Below the pieces are notes generated by a model that saw nothing but the letters and a program-made list of their open reading frames with translations, made no database searches and was not told where the DNA came from. From NCBI GenBank assembly GCA_963844965.1, contig CAWJQC010000004.1, positions 64,001 through 128,000 on the forward strand: a stretch of DNA of 64,000 bases, read 5' to 3'. Both the position numbers and the translations under genes were made by a program. Of the stretch, positions 63,920-64,000 are shown in pieces (the first letter of the stretch is position 1; each line of letters begins with the position of its first letter). Source of the DNA: an uncultured bacterium (GTDB taxonomy: Bacteria; Patescibacteriota; Minisyncoccia; UBA6257; 2-01-FULL-56-20).

Positions 63920-64000
63920 CGTTATTTTATATTTTGGGAGATTATCTGCCTTATCTTGTCTTTGTCGGGAACCGACCCGACCAATACCGCCTTGCCATCC

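Overview
This 64-kb window looks like a small-genome Patescibacteria/CPR-type bacterium. There is no rpmD (L30) between rpsE and rplO, the N-terminal end of a type IV pilin-like gene is present, and the intergenic spacers are long and AT-rich. The left third (1-22.8 kb, minus strand) holds the str/S10/spc ribosomal-protein superoperon: rpsL-rpsG-fusA-tuf-rpsJ, then rplC-rplD-rplW-rplB-rpsS-rplV-rpsC-rplP-rpmC-rpsQ-rplN-rplX-rplE-rpsZ-rpsH-rplF-rplR-rpsE-rplO-secY. A ~5.7-kb block of non-ribosomal secreted and membrane protein genes interrupts it between rpsJ and rplC. Several essential genes (rplN, rplP, rpsJ, tuf at four sites, fusA, valS) carry single-base frameshifts. At the three sites where the indel itself could be reconstructed (rplN, fusA, valS) it lies in a short homopolymer run, and the displaced frames keep perfect protein conservation, so these are most likely assembly or sequencing indels rather than pseudogenes. 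The ORF track is therefore fragmented, and I merged pieces where the protein logic is clear. The remaining 40 kb is accessory-rich. It contains: tRNA-Arg with an adjacent 3'-tRNA fragment and a large serine recombinase; an iteron-like AT-rich repeat region; and recG carrying an in-frame GxxExxY/PD-(D/E)XK nuclease insertion bounded by inverted arms of a 9-nt tandem repeat. 'Empty' copies of the same arm repeat are inserted in-frame in recG, in a GT2 glycosyltransferase and in valS. valS also has a histidine-phosphatase (PGAM-like) domain inserted in its zinc knuckle. Two paralogous giant Sec-secreted fibre-like proteins carry GNVGIGT repeats, and one has a peptidase-S74-type C-terminal chaperone domain. 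They share identical cassettes and both have (CTACTAC)n heptanucleotide tracts in and just upstream of the signal-peptide coding region, and the same tracts recur at a pilin gene and a four-helix-bundle gene. A toxin-antitoxin island (RelE-like plus two HicAB pairs) sits between the two fibre genes, flanked by a duplicated ~530-bp hairpin-bounded cassette. A 2.06-kb IS-like element with perfect 159-bp inverted repeats encodes a second large serine recombinase and abuts the 3' end of tRNA-Pro. All homology calls are from reading the translations; no database search was possible.
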